Origin: Takakia lepidozioides
Lineage: Eukaryota > Plantae > Bryophyta
Direction of reading: 5' to 3'
NCBI GenBank assembly: GCA_030704615.1
Contig: CM060732.1
Coordinates: forward strand, 71,114,001 to 71,178,000
DNA length: 64,000 bases
The position numbers and the translations under genes are program-made. This document shows, in pieces, positions 13,602 to 27,920 of this stretch (position 1 is the first letter of the stretch; every line of letters begins with the position of its first letter). The notes beneath the pieces are model-generated. The model was not told the DNA's origin and ran no database searches. It worked only from the letters and a program-made list of their open reading frames with translations.

Positions 13602-15461
13602 CTATGCGGATTTTATGCTCTTGGCAATGGGAATCACAATGATCATGAGCAAAATCAAGAGCAAGATAATGCCAATACAAATCCATTTGCGTCTGTTTCT
13701 CTGGTGGCTCTTTGCAGCCTTCAATTGGGTTGTGCCTCTCTCCACGTATGAGGCTGCACTATTTACCTGCCAAGAGATCAACATATTCAGTGACCCTGGA
13801 CAGTGGAAAGAGAATGAAATGAAATGAAATGGTGCTTTATAACGTCTGCGGAAAGCTCATAGAGCTTATGGGACAAAATGGAAGAAAACATGAGAAAGGA
13901 AACAAAACCAGAGCCGAAGATAAAAACTATTGCTCAAGTGATTGTCTAAGGGTGAGTGCCTCCTGCAGGTAAGCTGCCAAGCATTTCTGATCTTCATAGT
14001 GGAAGACTTCAGTTAGAGATTGGGTTCCACGGAATAGAGATCCAGGTCTCCCAGCTGCAGAAACTGGCGTAAGATTTCACCTATGTTGGGAAGAATATCA
14101 TTGATTTTGAATTACCTGCGACTCAATGTCATTTAGCTGCTCACCCTGAGCCTCAACCAGCACTGCCATGTCCAGAAAAACCTGGTGCAATTCCAGCAAA
14201 CTCTTCTCAATTTCCTTCACAGCATCATGCCTTTCCTGAATCTCACGGATGGTTTCAAGAATCTGTCCACGCCCCTGCTCATGGATGGCTTTCTGCAGAA
14301 AGTTCTCACTCTCTCCAGTCTCAATAATCTGTTCAATCGTCTCTTCATCTGCCTTCTGCCCTGTGATGGTGTAGTATCTACACCAAAAAACAGAAATGGA
14401 AACAATGATTGCATAACTTCCAGCATGCTTAAGTAAAATGAACGTGATCACTTAAAACACATGAGCCGAACCACACATACTAGTCCATGAATGCTTGAGC
14501 AAAAAATGGAATGTAGTGACATGCTTTAGGGACTGGACACCTCAAGACGATGCAACAATGCAAGTCACCTGCGTTCGATGGTCTCTCTGTATTCCCCCAT
14601 GATCCTTTGCCTGAGTATCTGGAAATCCCCCATTAAGTCTTTCAACTTCTTTCTGAGAGTGTTAGTGATCGAGCTCCGAGTGCGGTCTGTTGGGGTCCCC
14701 TCCCCACATCCAGGAACTCTTCTGCTGGCCATGTTGGCTCTGTCAAGATCTTCCAGCTTGCCTCTGATGGTTCTGGCAACTTTATTGACCTGCTCAGAAG
14801 TTAATCAAATTGATGTTAATGTACTTTAGAACTGCAGGAGTACATGCTGCTGTCATGAGTGGGCTTCCAACTACAATATTCGAGGCACGAAAACGTGGTA
14901 GAATGAGGTATGAACTTACACCAGATCGCTGTTCTGAGCCGATTTCAATCAAAGGAAATTCACTTTGTCCAGGGGAGCCCCCAGGACGCAACAGACACAA
15001 CCAGAACACCTCCCTAGAGAAAGCAAAGAAAATTCATACCACTCCGTTTGGACATCAGGTGGATGACTCTAAATGCCAGGCTTCTCAAAACGAAACCAAT
15101 ATCAGCAACCTTGCTCCTCTCACAAGCCTCTAGAAAGCAGAAATGTCGATAAGATGTGTCGAGGTAAAAAGGTGGTGCTAACCAGTTCAACGTCTTTATC
15201 CATGCGATCTCTCAGGGCCTTCATAGTCTGTGCCTTGTGAACTGTCTTGCTCTCCTCGTTCGCATCTTGAAGCTTCTGAAGGAGTTCCTTGATCCTTTCC
15301 ATCTCACTTTTAATCTGCCCTACATCCTCAAAGAATCGACCAAGGTTCTTCTCCGCATCCACATCTATGTGTTGGCCCATCTCCACGTCACGTAAAGCAT
15401 CCCGCTTAAGATCCACATAGTTCATCCCTTGAGAGAAAGATTTTGAAAGAAGATCGTTCAT
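13602..15461 (-). CDS. Qa-SNARE syntaxin of the SYP1 group (SYP11/KNOLLE- or SYP12-like), 308 aa
   Basis: Four exons 15461-15183, 14789-14569, 14377-14116 and 13766-13602 total 927 nt. N-terminus MNDLLSKSF...[20 protein letters not shown] motif [42 protein letters not shown]-terminal [24 protein letters not shown]. Confidence 0.93.
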
Positions 15462-16579
15462 GGTAGCGACCTTCTGCCCCAATGCAGTCTCACTGTGCTG
15501 ATCGCAAACACACTGTGACAGGGAGTGGAGAAACGATCCTCCTTAATATCTGCGCACAAGCGAATGAGACGGTGGTTAGTAAAAACACGGGAAGTTATGT
15601 GCAACCCACAGGATGCAAATAAACCACGAGACTCCGTACCTGCGGAAAAGGCGAAACGGACAAGAGAGGGAGAGACCATCGAAACAGAGAGATAAGTCAC
15701 AGGGCTACAAGAGCGTAGCACAGAGGATCAGACAATACGTGGGTGAATCTCAATGTAAGCGTGTTAAGACATGGAGGGCATCAATGGGGGTGATACACGA
15801 CTTCGTGGACCACAACGATGTCTCTGGAATTTTCACAGAAAAAAACCCAAGAGAAAACGTCCAAATGCAGATTGTACCTGAGCTCTCGCGGAAAATTTCT
15901 CCAGTCTTGTTGAATTCCACCTGCGAATGCAAACCCTAGGGGATACTCTAAGTAAGATGCAAAGGCCCGCAGCGACAGAGCGCAGGAAGAAAGAAGGTCA
16001 GACATGCACGAGCAGCTAGCAGCGAGCAGCGGGGTTTTGAACTACCCGCGCCCAACGGCTTCCCTGACCGGCTGGCCCGGTCGCTCCCATTTCAAATTGC
16101 GGCCAGAGGATTGGCGGCGCATGAAATAATGCCGGTCATTCCGTTATGCGCAAATTATAGTTATAATTATAATTATAATTATTCTTCAGCGTTTTTTTTA
16201 TTGGCGAATTTTCGCCAGATTTCGAAAGTAAAATGGAATATTCTGTCGCAAATCCCCTGTTTTTTCATGGATGAAATCTCCAAGTTTCTCCATATAAGAA
16301 TAAATGATGGATGATTTCGCCAAATATGGATGATATAAATGGATTATGATATACCTGTGGATGAATTTAAGTGGATGAACAGAATGTACCGCTATTTTCT
16401 GCAAAACTCTGTAGCCACTCGTGCTGTCTCCCAAACTATTTGTTTTTTCAAATTTCGGACTCCCCTGTTACTAAAAAACAAAACAAAAAACAAAACAAAT
16501 TATATATATATTTTAATAATGTTCATCTCCCTCCTCTCGACTCTCGACTCTGTTTCCAGGAGGAGTGAAGGGGAGCTCC

Positions 16580-16593
16580 AAACCCTAAACCCT
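16580..16593 (+). promoter_or_regulatory. Telo-box (AAACCCTA) just upstream of the ISE2 start codon
   Basis: Sequence aaaccctaaaccct 5 nt before ATG 16598; another AAACCCTA lies at ~15932 in the same divergent intergenic region. Confidence 0.45.
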
Positions 16594-16597
16594 GGCT

Positions 16598-19500
16598 ATG
16601 GCGCCGGCGTCGTGCTGGGGGCAGCCAGCGTCGTGCCAGGGCATCCCATTAGTGGTCCATTCACCTCCTGTTTCTGCGAAGGGTGTTAAATTTTCACATC
16701 GCGTTCAGTACCTGGGAAGCCAGCGAAGTTGCAGAATTAGAAGGTATCGGTTGTATCAATGCCCTAGGAAAATAGAGAGGGCTTTCTCTGGTAGTATTTC
16801 AATATGGAAAGGATTGCATTGCACCTTTGGAAGCCAAGGGGGCGGGAACGGGCGAGGGTTAGTGTTTTTGAATGAGATTCATGTGTCTCACGCACGGAGA
16901 GTTAAGTGGATTTTGAATCCGGAGCCTTACGGAAGCAGCGATGGAAGCAGAAGGATTGAAACGGACGATGTTGCTTTTACTTCTCCCGATGTGAGGGAGC
17001 CGCTAGACGAAGTTAATGAGATTTCAACTAGCATCCACTCAGTGCCCATAGATGACGATGCAGCCAGCAAACAGGATGTCGAAGTTCTGTACATTGATGA
17101 AGCTGAACCAGGTGTTGTAGATGGTAATTACAGCGAGGAGGTAGCTCAATCTTGTCACCAAGGGGCAGGTTCTGGACTTGAGGATGGAAGGAATGGAGAT
17201 GAAAGCAACAAACCATTGTCTTTGGGAGACGGTCTCCTGAATGAAACCAAAATAAGCCGACTGACGGAGCTTTGTGCTCGAGTGCAAGCAAGTGACAAGT
17301 TCACAGTGACTTCGCGAGACATTGCGGCCCTGTACGACTTTCCGTTTGACAAGTTCCAAGTAAGAAAGTACTGGATACTAACCCCTATTCCTCTCTAAGT
17401 TTTACCCTGCAGCTATCTGCAGGTCGCTCTCATATGTTTTCCAGGTTCCCCTATGAGACAATCGCTAAACACCTTAAACCCTTCAGTCATGCTGTCCAAT
17501 TAACCTCAAACTCTAAGCCGACGAGAAAGTTATTAGCTTTCTTCTTGCCAACGAGCAATATAGCTCCCTACAGACTAGCACTGTAAGGCACAACGCCCAT
17601 AGACAGGGCTATAGGTGGTTGCGCTACCAAAATTTGTACCAAGTCTTGAGAGGAAGTTATTAGATGGTAGTTTCAGAAATTATCAAAATGGAAGGAGTTC
17701 ATGTTTTGGGCCTCTTGCAACTATAAAATGTTGGATCTCGAAATGACTTGGAAGGTGTAATGAATTGATTATGCTTCCTTGCAGAGAATGGCCATAGATG
17801 GCTTTCTGAAAGGGTCATCATTAGTGGTATGTGCACCAACTAGTAGTGGCAAGACACTCATAGCAGAAGCTGCAGCTGCAGCAACTCTAGCCAGGGGGAA
17901 GCGACTATTGTATACGACTCCACTCAAGGCATTGTCCAATCAAAAACTGCGTGATTTCCGGTAATTGACACATTGTGTTTTTAATAGACAATTTGCAGCA
18001 TTTTCACCTGGAACCTACAGCAATGCTGACCTCATGAACACTGCAGTATACTTTAAAGCCTAGTGGTTCACATGGGCACAAGGTGGGAGTTGGACAGTCC
18101 TTGATCCTCTTCATCGGCTTCAGTTTCCATTTGTTTTGCTGTAGTTTTGACATGAGATGTTTTTGAAGTGGTTTGATGTATGTTGTGGGCAATCACTAAG
18201 ATTTGCATGGCTTGTGGTGCAGGGAATTGTTTGGAGAGACAAGTGTAGGGCTTCTTACAGGTGATGCTGCCGTGAATAGGGAAGCGCCCATTTTGATCAT
18301 GACCACAGAGATATTGCGAAACATGTTTTACGAAAGGTGTTGCATTCTGGTCCTTTTGTGTAGCTTGACATGGGGGTGTGTTTTTGGTAATTTAGTTTGG
18401 CTCACTTGGTGCTACTTTCTATTGGTGGCCTTGTTAGGTTATATAGTTTATAGGAAGGTTTAGTGGAGTTAGGGTGTGTAATGCAAAGGGGTGGCAATAA
18501 AGGCTTGGTCCACATGAATTTCATAACATATGCTGTGAAGCAGTGCATCTATTTAGGAGCACAAGAAAAGCTGCTGGAACATGTAAGCAAGCTTCCTATT
18601 ATGCACTCACAGCATCACAGACAAATTCTTGCAGTATGTGGAGGCATGAGCCATTGGTTTTCTTTGTAGCCAGACTGCACTCTCTGATGAGTCCTAGTGA
18701 CAGTTATGCCCTCCTCTGCCCTTGTTGTGGAGGTCATTTTGTCCAATACTACTGAGGCATGCAGATATGTGACCACTGAAGTGACCACATTGGTTAGAAT
18801 GCTTGTGGTGGTGACTTGAGATATTGGACTTTGACATGCTGTTGGCAGTGGGGGGAGAATAGACAGTGGGGGCCGGCTCATGGATGTGGATGTTGTGGTG
18901 CTGGATGAAGTGCATTACCTCAGCGACATTTCACGTGGTACAGTTTGGGAGGAGACGGTATGCTTCCAGTCTGTTCCTCTCCCCTCTCAGATATCTTGTA
19001 CCTAGGTGGTTGGTCCTGTTTTGGACCCTATATTCAAGACTCCCCCATGGAGCTGTGAAAGAAGCCATGGGGTACGTAGCTATAAAAGTCTTCACAGATT
19101 AGAGTCCCCCTCCACGCAGCCCCCCCCCCCACCCAACAATTTATTTGATTATATCCTCCTAAAGCTTTCATGATGAAATATGTTCCCTCTGGCATGGTAC
19201 ATTGAGGGGTGGTATAGGTCCCTTTATGCAGTTATTTAGCTCTATTTGATCAAATTCACTTTATCTGAGTTGGTTGTGAACATGGTGTGCAGAGGAAACT
19301 TCACTGTTCTGCTTTGCAAGTCTAGTGCACGGATGGCCCAAGCCAGAGAGATGCCATATTATTGTATTTGACCTTCTGACGGGCTCCTGTGCTTCACATT
19401 GATGTGGCCATGATATGCAGGTAATTTACTGTCCCAAGAAAGTGCAGCTTATCTGCCTCTCTGCCACTGTTGCCAACCCAGACGAATTAGCTGGATGGAT

Positions 19501-22500
19501 TGCCCAGGTTGTTATGATGTTTCTCTGTTTCTTTTTCTCCTCGTTCTTCTGACCTTTAGTTATAAGCAAAGTGTGTGGTGTCTTTCACACCACACTGTCT
19601 GGCAGCAGGGACTATCGTCTCAAGGGTTAGAGCCAATGTTGGTAACTGTCAAAGGGTACATCTCTTCAGATTTGGATGCATGGAACAATCGCTGCAAGTA
19701 AGTTATGTGTAGAAGAATGGGGGTGATCTGATTTTGTGTGGTGAAACCTGGGAATAGGTGCATGGACCTACAGAACTTGTGACATCATCAAGACGTCCTG
19801 TGCCGCTTATCTGGCATTTTTCAACACGACACTCTCTTCTTCCCCTTCTGAATGAGGAAGCTACTGAAATGAACTGGTAGGTCTGTACAGATTTTCTTAC
19901 CTCCAGGACAGTCATGAAGTAAGGACATGGTTGACGGTTTGAGACAGTTGAAAACGCGTAGTTTCACATATCAGGACCAGTTCCTGCGGCAGTTGCTCAA
20001 TATGGACATCGACCTGGCACAGAGCATGATTTCAAGTCACAGGTCTTTGTTATTTGTTTGCTTGGTTGTTAATAGCGAGACATCTTATTTGGATGTTTCT
20101 TGACGGCTTTCTAGTAAATCATGGTATGGGTGTTGCCCTTTTTCTAACGAGAGAAGAGTGACACATGTTTTGTAAGATACTCACTTTTTGTGTTCCTTTC
20201 ATATTCTAGGAAGTGACGGACAGGATGGGAAAGCTTCAATTGGATTGCTTTAGACAACACTGGATATTTAAATATTTTCAGCTATTGTGATAACGTAGTT
20301 TTCCATAGTTGTGATTAACTTCTCTTGTTTTCTCAATGCTGAACTTGATGTCTGCTGTAGGAAATTATCACTTAAACAACGTCAACAAGAAAGAGCACCT
20401 GACCCATTTTGGGATTATTTTGGAAAAGATATATCAAAGAAAAGAAAAGGTGCTCCTCTCCGCACAAAGGTGGGATTCAAAGGTAGTGACAATCGCAGAG
20501 CACGAAGTCAGAGGAAGGGGTTGGGGGAGGCAGAAGAATACATGTCTGAAGAAGAGGCTCAGTTTCTCCGGCGCAAACAGGTGAATAGCACTCATTGTAA
20601 CCTAATTGAACAGTAGAAGAGGATTGTGTTTGACTTTGAAGTCCATCTGGAGCTCACCTGTTGTTGACCTTTGTTATTACTATCTAAAATTGCAATTTAT
20701 TCCTTCACTCCACTGGCAGATTGTATGATTCTGGTACACATCTGATGAAAACTGGTGGGTAAAATGTGGATGCTTGAGCATCCCTTTTCCACATATGCAT
20801 ATCTAGTACTCTTTGGACACACATCTCCAGGTAGATGCTGGTCAGCACCATGTCACATCTATATATAATATTAGATAATTTTTCAACTTCTCCATCTGGT
20901 CTCTTGTATCATCCGGTGTTCCTTGACTTGTGATGAGTGCTGATGCAGTACAGGAAGAAATTGAAAAACATTCTGGGCGTAGTAGTGTTTTCGGTGACTG
21001 GATCTTTTTTACAATGTGTTCATGCTATGCAGGTGCCCAAAGTAAGAGACACTCTGGTGCAGTTGAAGGAGCGGGACATGTTACCTGCAATTTGGTTCAT
21101 TTTTAGTCGCAAAGGCTGTGATACAGCTGCTCGTTACCTTGAGGTACATGGCTTCTTTTTTGGCGAAATTGCCTCTCAAAGTTCAGAGTTTAGAGTTCAG
21201 AGTTTACTAGGCTCTCCTATGTATATTCTTCTTTTGGTGAAGTGATGAGTGAATGTGCAAATAGTGTAGCATGCTTCACACCAAATAGACTGCATCCTTG
21301 ACACAGCAGACGACAAACAGATGGTTGGATTGATGGATGTATGGACAGAGGACTCTCCTCAGGTTGACTCGGAAATGGAGTTATTGTCAGACAAAGAGGT
21401 GGACCAAGTTCAGGAAGCAATCCAGATCTTTGCAGAGCAGAATCCAGAAGCTGTGAGGGAGGTGGGTGTGAAGTCCCTCCTTCGTGGGATTGCTGCGCAT
21501 CACGCTGGTTGCTTACCAACTTGGAAGTCTTTCATTGAAGAGCTGTTCCAAAGAGGTTTGGTCAAAGTGGTGTTTTCTACAGAAACTCTTGCAGCTGGGA
21601 TAAACATGCCTGCAAGGTACGCTTTGTTTTACTCTAGGATGGATGGTTGTCAGATTTCCCTCAAAGTGGATTTTTGTATATAAGTCCTTCACTTTCTTAT
21701 CCTCTCTCAGTGCTCCATTTTAACCAGAAATCTGTTGTCTTCACCACACTCAGGGGAGCTATCATACTTGGAATGAGAATCTTGCTCCACTTTTCCTATT
21801 GGCAGCAAACCCACCTGTCTTGCTCCACTTTTCTTAAAGAATGTATGCGTGCCCAACAAAAGACCAGATATTGCAGCATTTAAATCTGAATGAGAGGTGA
21901 CTAATGCTATGCCAGTGAGCTACAGGACTGCAGTGCTCTCTTCACTAAGCAAACGAGGGGATGGTGGACATGCACCAGTGAGCGCGAATGCAATGCTGCA
22001 GATGGCAGGACGGGCTGGGCGGCGTGGGATTGATGATCAAGGCCATGTTGTAGTGGTACAAACACCATTTGAGGGTGCAGAGGACTTCTGCAAGCTACTC
22101 TTTGCAGGGCCTGACCCCCTAGTCTCCCAGTTCACAGCCACCTATGGAATGGTCCTCAACCTGTTGGCGGTAAGCGTACTAGCAGCACATGATACACTCT
22201 TACAGATACAGAATGTACCTCCTTTCTCTTGGACCAATGCTGGTTGGTTATGTAATTGCAGGGAGCAAGGGTAGTGAGATCCGGGGAGGATGGAGATGCC
22301 AAGGTGGGTCACAGAGGGAGGACCTTGGAAGAGGCCCGTGCTTTGATTGAGCAGAGCTTCGGCAATTATGTGGGTAGTGATGTCCTGGTAACTGCCAAGC
22401 AGCAGCTAGCCATACTACAGCAGAATGTGGAGCAGTTGCAACAGGAAAGCACTGAAGATGGCATGTCAAACAGTCTAGAAAACCGACTCACTATAAAGGA

Positions 22501-25500
22501 GTTCCGAGATTTCACCTCCTTAAAGGAATGGTTGAAGGTGGGCTTTCTAATCGAAGAAATCTGGCCAATCATCAGTGGATTCTTAATAGAGTTAGTCTTG
22601 TTGACGAATAATCTGTGGAGGTTTCGTATGTGCTTGCCAATCGTTCTTATGTTTCAACTTGTTGCAGAAGATGTATGGTAATCTCCGAAGTGGTTACACT
22701 GCAAGACTGTTGTGTCTTGGTTTCCCTCAAGGACTCCAGATGTATGTGCTTGATAAATGTAACTGTTTTCTGCCACAGGATGGCAGTTGTCATGGATATT
22801 TGTTGTTGGTAAACCTTCACATGAACATCACCTTAGTGACAAACCAGGATGGGGTTTTCCACTGCAAAGTCCACTCATCCAGGACACGGCTAGGAAATGA
22901 CCATGTGATCCATGGACAACAATAGAAAATTCTTAATGGAAGTGGCTGACAGGAAGGAAAACGGGTCCTTATAGAGCTGCGGGAACAAGTTGAGACGTTG
23001 CGGGTGGCCATGGTGGAGCCTTTGCTTCAAGGATGTACAGATAGTCAATTCCCCTTTCTTGGTCTCTGCTTTTTGGACCAATGCAGTGGGGAGGAGCGTC
23101 TGGTGCCTGCTCTCTATGTTGGTAGTGTTCCCTGCCCAACATTTATATCGGATGCAATTATGGTAAGTCACGTTCATTCTCTATTGCAGTCTGATTGTGA
23201 GAATATTTGCAAGCTTTTCTGTAATCACTCTTTGCATGTGGGTTGGAAGCTTACAAGGTGCTGTGATGATAGTGACAGTGCTCAGTAGCAGTACACATTG
23301 AGGCTGGCAATTCGCTGTATATCAGCGATATTTTCCTACATGACATAAGACTGTTACAATACTTCAAAATTTGTTAATGAACTGATCTCATTCTGCACCC
23401 ATATTTATTCATTGCTATCACTACAGGAATCAGAGATTGGAGCACCAGCTAGTGAAGACTTCAACAGTGAGGAGAGGGACAGCAACACTTTGGCTCCTTC
23501 AGGGTACGAGGAATGTCGCCCAAGCACTGGGGTCCAGCTCTATGTGGCATTGGGGTCCGACAACTGCTGGTACTTATTCACCGGGAAGTCAGTAAACAGG
23601 ATACACCAGAATAGCTTACAGCTTCAGGCAACCTTATCTCCAGGAGAAAAGGCTGTGGGCGAAATTTTGAAGGAGAAATTACGGGTTGGTTCTCAATCAT
23701 GGCAAAATCTCGGACAATCAGGGTCTGGGCCCCTCGATAGTGTTTGGTGTGCAGTGAGTTCCATGGACACATGGGATTGGGCCTGCCAAGTGCCAGAGCT
23801 TAGTGAGCTTCCTGGGGCACATGAGGTATCAACATCCTCTTCTCATAAGATGCTCTAAACTGGTGGTTGAGCATAACTGTGGTAACATGAAAGTACATGG
23901 AAATTCGAAAATGAGGTGTATGTTTTTGTGTGAATTTGGATGGTATAGTCCCTTGAACATGTATCTCCCTTCTTTGTCCCTTTCCCTCACCAAATGTAGT
24001 TGCACGCGTCTGATTGTGATTCACCCTCCTTATTCTAGTTTGATCTATCCTCTTCAGTCATTAGGTATTTAAACATTTCCTCCTCTTGAAGGACTGGAGC
24101 AAGAGATCAGATGCTGATGCTGTCAACCAGGATTCACCTCTCCTCCTCTGTTCACATATGTGCAGATGTCTCCAGAGCTGGCAAAGGTAGAGCAGATGCT
24201 GACTGAGCAACACAAGGAAGTGTCGAAGCTTAGAAAGAAGTTCAGATTGACTCATGGCTACCACGAGTATAAGCGCCTAGTTGGACTACAAAAAATGCGA
24301 GATGACAAAATATCGCGCTTGCAATTGAAGGCATCCCGTATTGCCAGCCGGATCAACAAGATGCAGCCATCAGGGTGGACGGAGTTCTTACAGGTGTGTA
24401 ACTGAGTCCTCAACTTTTTCCGTAGTACTTCACATACTAGAATTATCCGTGAAGAGGCTGTGCCCCCCCATCAAACACTGACAGCTGGTACTGTTCACAT
24501 GCCGTGAGGACGCTCTCATATGGTGAAGGGGTGAAATGCAGAAAACTTGCAATATCGTTTGTATGCTTTTTGGTGTAGTAGAATGTCAGGGTAATTGATA
24601 CGGTGAAGTGTCATATTTTTATTACAAATCTTTTGTTCCATAAGAATATCAGTTACTGTTGTGCATACCTTCTTCCTGTTTGCACCCTGGAACAAAGTGA
24701 TCTCCAGTTTCTGAACGAATGACTACGATTTGCAAGATCAGGTTGTGGAGGTGTTGCATGCTGCGGGGGCAATCCACACAGAGACGCACAAAGTACTGGC
24801 ATTGGGTGAGGTAGCAGCGGCTGTAAGGGGTGTCAATGAGCTCTGGTTGGCCCTGGTCTTTACCAGCAGCTCCCTTCTCTCTCTCATGCCTGCACAGTTG
24901 GCAGCGGTTTGTGGCACACTCGTTTCTGAGGGCATGAAGGCTCGTGCCAAGGACAGCCCAAGGTAATTCCGATAGCATCCTCTTCTAGTTCTGAGTACAT
25001 GTGAGTGCATTCTTTTGTGGGGGACGGGAAACTTCTACCCTTATTGAAGCTATGATATTGAACTCTTTTACAATGTTCTTGTTGACTGCAGTGATATGTA
25101 TGAGGTGTCGTCGGATGTCAGCCAGTGGGTGGAGGGGATGGAAGGCTGCCGTACATGGTTGCTGCATCTGCAAGCCAAACATGGAGTAGTGGTGAGTGAA
25201 ATGTTGATTGCGTTATCATGAAGGCTCTTAATTTGCATTTGATTCAGCTAATTGATGATGGATGGTAACTGAAGAAGGTCCACATCTCGGAGGAATATAA
25301 TACTTAAAACATATAATACTAAGAATACTAAGAATACTATCTTAAAACTAAAGACATTTGGACACATGCCATTTTCTAGAAAAAGAACCCCTCGTTGTCC
25401 CTCTTTTCTGACCGTGCTTTGAGAGTCTTGCAGATGCCTGCCGAGATGGGAACACACTTTGCTGGCTTGGTTGAAGCATGGGCATCAGGTTTGACATGGA

Positions 25501-26434
25501 AGGATCTCACGACTGACAGCGGCATAGACGAAGGGGATGTTGCACGCCTCTTGCGCCGCTCCATTGATCTCCTTTCACAGGTTCAATCTTCCACCAGAGC
25601 TTGGTCTGAAATATCTGGTTCTTTCTTCAAAACCCAGTGTTACAAGTAAGGGCCAATTTAGACTACTGTCCAAGACCAAGACCAACTCAAAATGCAATGA
25701 TTCTATTGGTCGAGGGCATTTTCTTGGTCATATTGGCTTTACACTATGTACCAAGACCAAGACCAAGAAACTTAAAATGAGGTGTATCACCTTCCCAATC
25801 AATATTCCAGATTGATTCTAACAGATGGTCACGACCATTTGAGAAAATTATACTTAATGTTCCTATACTTGGTCCAGGGTCCATGGGTTAATTTCTTGGT
25901 CCCTAGACCAACAATCTCCTGCCACAATCAATGACTTAGATGCCATGTCATTCCTAACTTTCCAAAGCCCTTACACAGACCCATTTTGGTCCCTAGGATA
26001 TTGACCAATATCTGGACCAATTTGAAGAGGTTTCTTGGTCTTGGTCTGTAGTCTAAAGTGGCCCTAAGAAGCAGAATAAGGTTGCAGTCAATTTGTGCTG
26101 AGGATAGAAAAGCCAACAGGTGTTGCATACTTGGCTGCTGGTGGTTGGGGGACCATGTAACCAAACTGATTTGGACGAGGCATTCACAATCTTTGGTTGT
26201 AGAACCTGCTGTTAGCAGTGTGAAAGGTACAGGGCCTGTGGAGGGATTATGCTTTACACACCAGTAGGTCTGCACTGGCAGGTCTGGCACTGTCTGTAAA
26301 GGATTTACTCATTTGTTCTGTTTGTTTATTCACAGATTCCACATCTACCAGGCGTTGATCTGCGGCTGGCAAAGACAGCCAGACTCGCTGCCCAAGTCAT
26401 GGACCGGCCACCCATCAGCGAGCTCCTCGGATAA
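16598..26434 (+). CDS. ISE2: Ski2-like DExH-box RNA helicase, chloroplastic (ISE2/DExH15), about 18 exons
   Basis: Long transit-peptide-like exon 1 (16598-17359, ending YDFPFDKFQ). Motifs APTSSGKT (~17833), [14 protein letters not shown] (~18904), [34 protein letters not shown] and [10 protein letters not shown], with the ISE2-type C-terminus [11 protein letters not shown] (stop 26432-26434). Confidence 0.93.
25650..26064. mobile_element. Tourist-like (PIF/Harbinger) MITE in the last ISE2 intron
   Basis: TIRs gggccaatttagactac / gtagtctaaagtggccc (16/17 match), flanked on both sides by TAA (25647-25649 and 26065-26067); internal (ccaaga)n and (tcttgg)n subterminal repeats. Confidence 0.8.
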
Positions 26435-27849
26435 TTTGTGCCTCTTGTCTCATTGCAATCATTTGAAGAACCTTATCACCATTGAAGCCAATTGGTGGTG
26501 AGTTTTGCTGACAGTCCCCTCAAACCCAAGAGGTGCTGTGTTGAACACTGTGACTGGATCTTGTTACCTGGTGATCATGGGTGTTATTATCAGCAACAGA
26601 CTGAGCTGTGAGATGAACAAAAACAAGCATTTCAAATAGCTCTCTGCCTCTCTAAGGATGCTGATATCGGGCACTAGGAGGTGTGATTTGAAGTAGGAAT
26701 AGTGGTAAGTGGACATTTTCCGGATTCTCTCTTTCCTGAACACATCAAAATAATAACTGTGACTGTCAGTGTTTCAGGCAAAGAGGCGGCTGCATCAGCG
26801 TAACTAGATGGAAAGTCGACAATTTGGAAGCAGAGGCCTCATTTCTCAACACAGTCCGAGCTTTTTCAATCTCTGACATTGATACAGTAACTGGCCCCAT
26901 AGCAATGCCATAGCAATTCCTGCAGGGAAATCTGGCTGCTTAGTCCAGATTCCAGGACAAACCAATAGCATCAATGATTCATTCCAATGCATGGCATCAC
27001 TTTATTCATGTATTGCCATACTACATTCACATCAATACAGCGCCTGTGAGGTGAAGCAGAGAGGCCTCGGAGCTCACTCTGGTAACAAACCATGAACAAA
27101 GAATAAATGGGTAGTTACCAGTGGACACGTGGCACTATCCCTTTCGTCACAGTCCTGCGACCTTAAAGTGTGCACACAACAATAATGCACTGAACGACGA
27201 ATGTCGTCCATCCAATGACCGGATCCAGTGAACGTGGACGGCACCGGCTACAGCCAGTGCGGGTCGCTCAACTACCCACACGATCCGGTTGCCAGGTGCA
27301 GGCCCTGCAACGGTGCCGCCAGTTTCGCCGGCACCTCGCCACCCTCGCCACTGTCGCCATGACTTGCCGTCGCCACTGGACCTCCGCACGTGCAAACGCG
27401 CTAAATTTTCGTGGCTGAGTATAGCCACATTTGGCGAAACAGAGTCAGGCGCGGCCGACACGTGTGAGTTACTAGTTACTGGCTAGAAAAACGTGTCATA
27501 GGAGGGTACGGGGATTTTCTGGTACGATTTCCGCGGCGTGACATCCTCGTCACCGTCCATTGCCGGTCGATCCCGTCGGGATTTTAAATATAGTCCAGTT
27601 TAATTTTTTGGCTTTATTATTGTCTGGCCCGGGACACACTGCTAGAAACTAGAAACACTTTACTGGAAATAAATGAAAATAATGGGATATTAGTTTCTGT
27701 CGGTAATTTGTCATCTGTTCGGTCGGGCTAGTTCGTTTGGATTCTCGCAGCATAATTCATCCAGGGGATGGATGCTGGAAACTGGTAACCGGCTGGGTGT
27801 GACGGTAGAGCAGGTGTGAGGCCCTTATATCAAGCGCATTTCTCATTGG

Positions 27850-27870
27850 TCTCTCGCACTCTCTCTCTCA

Positions 27871-27911
<41 letters not shown>

Positions 27912-27920
27912 CTCTCTCGC
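27850..27920 (+). repeat. (CT)n microsatellite, probably in the 5' leader of the MIR transcript
   Basis: Long CT run directly downstream of a TATA-like cttatatcaag (~27823). Confidence 0.8.
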
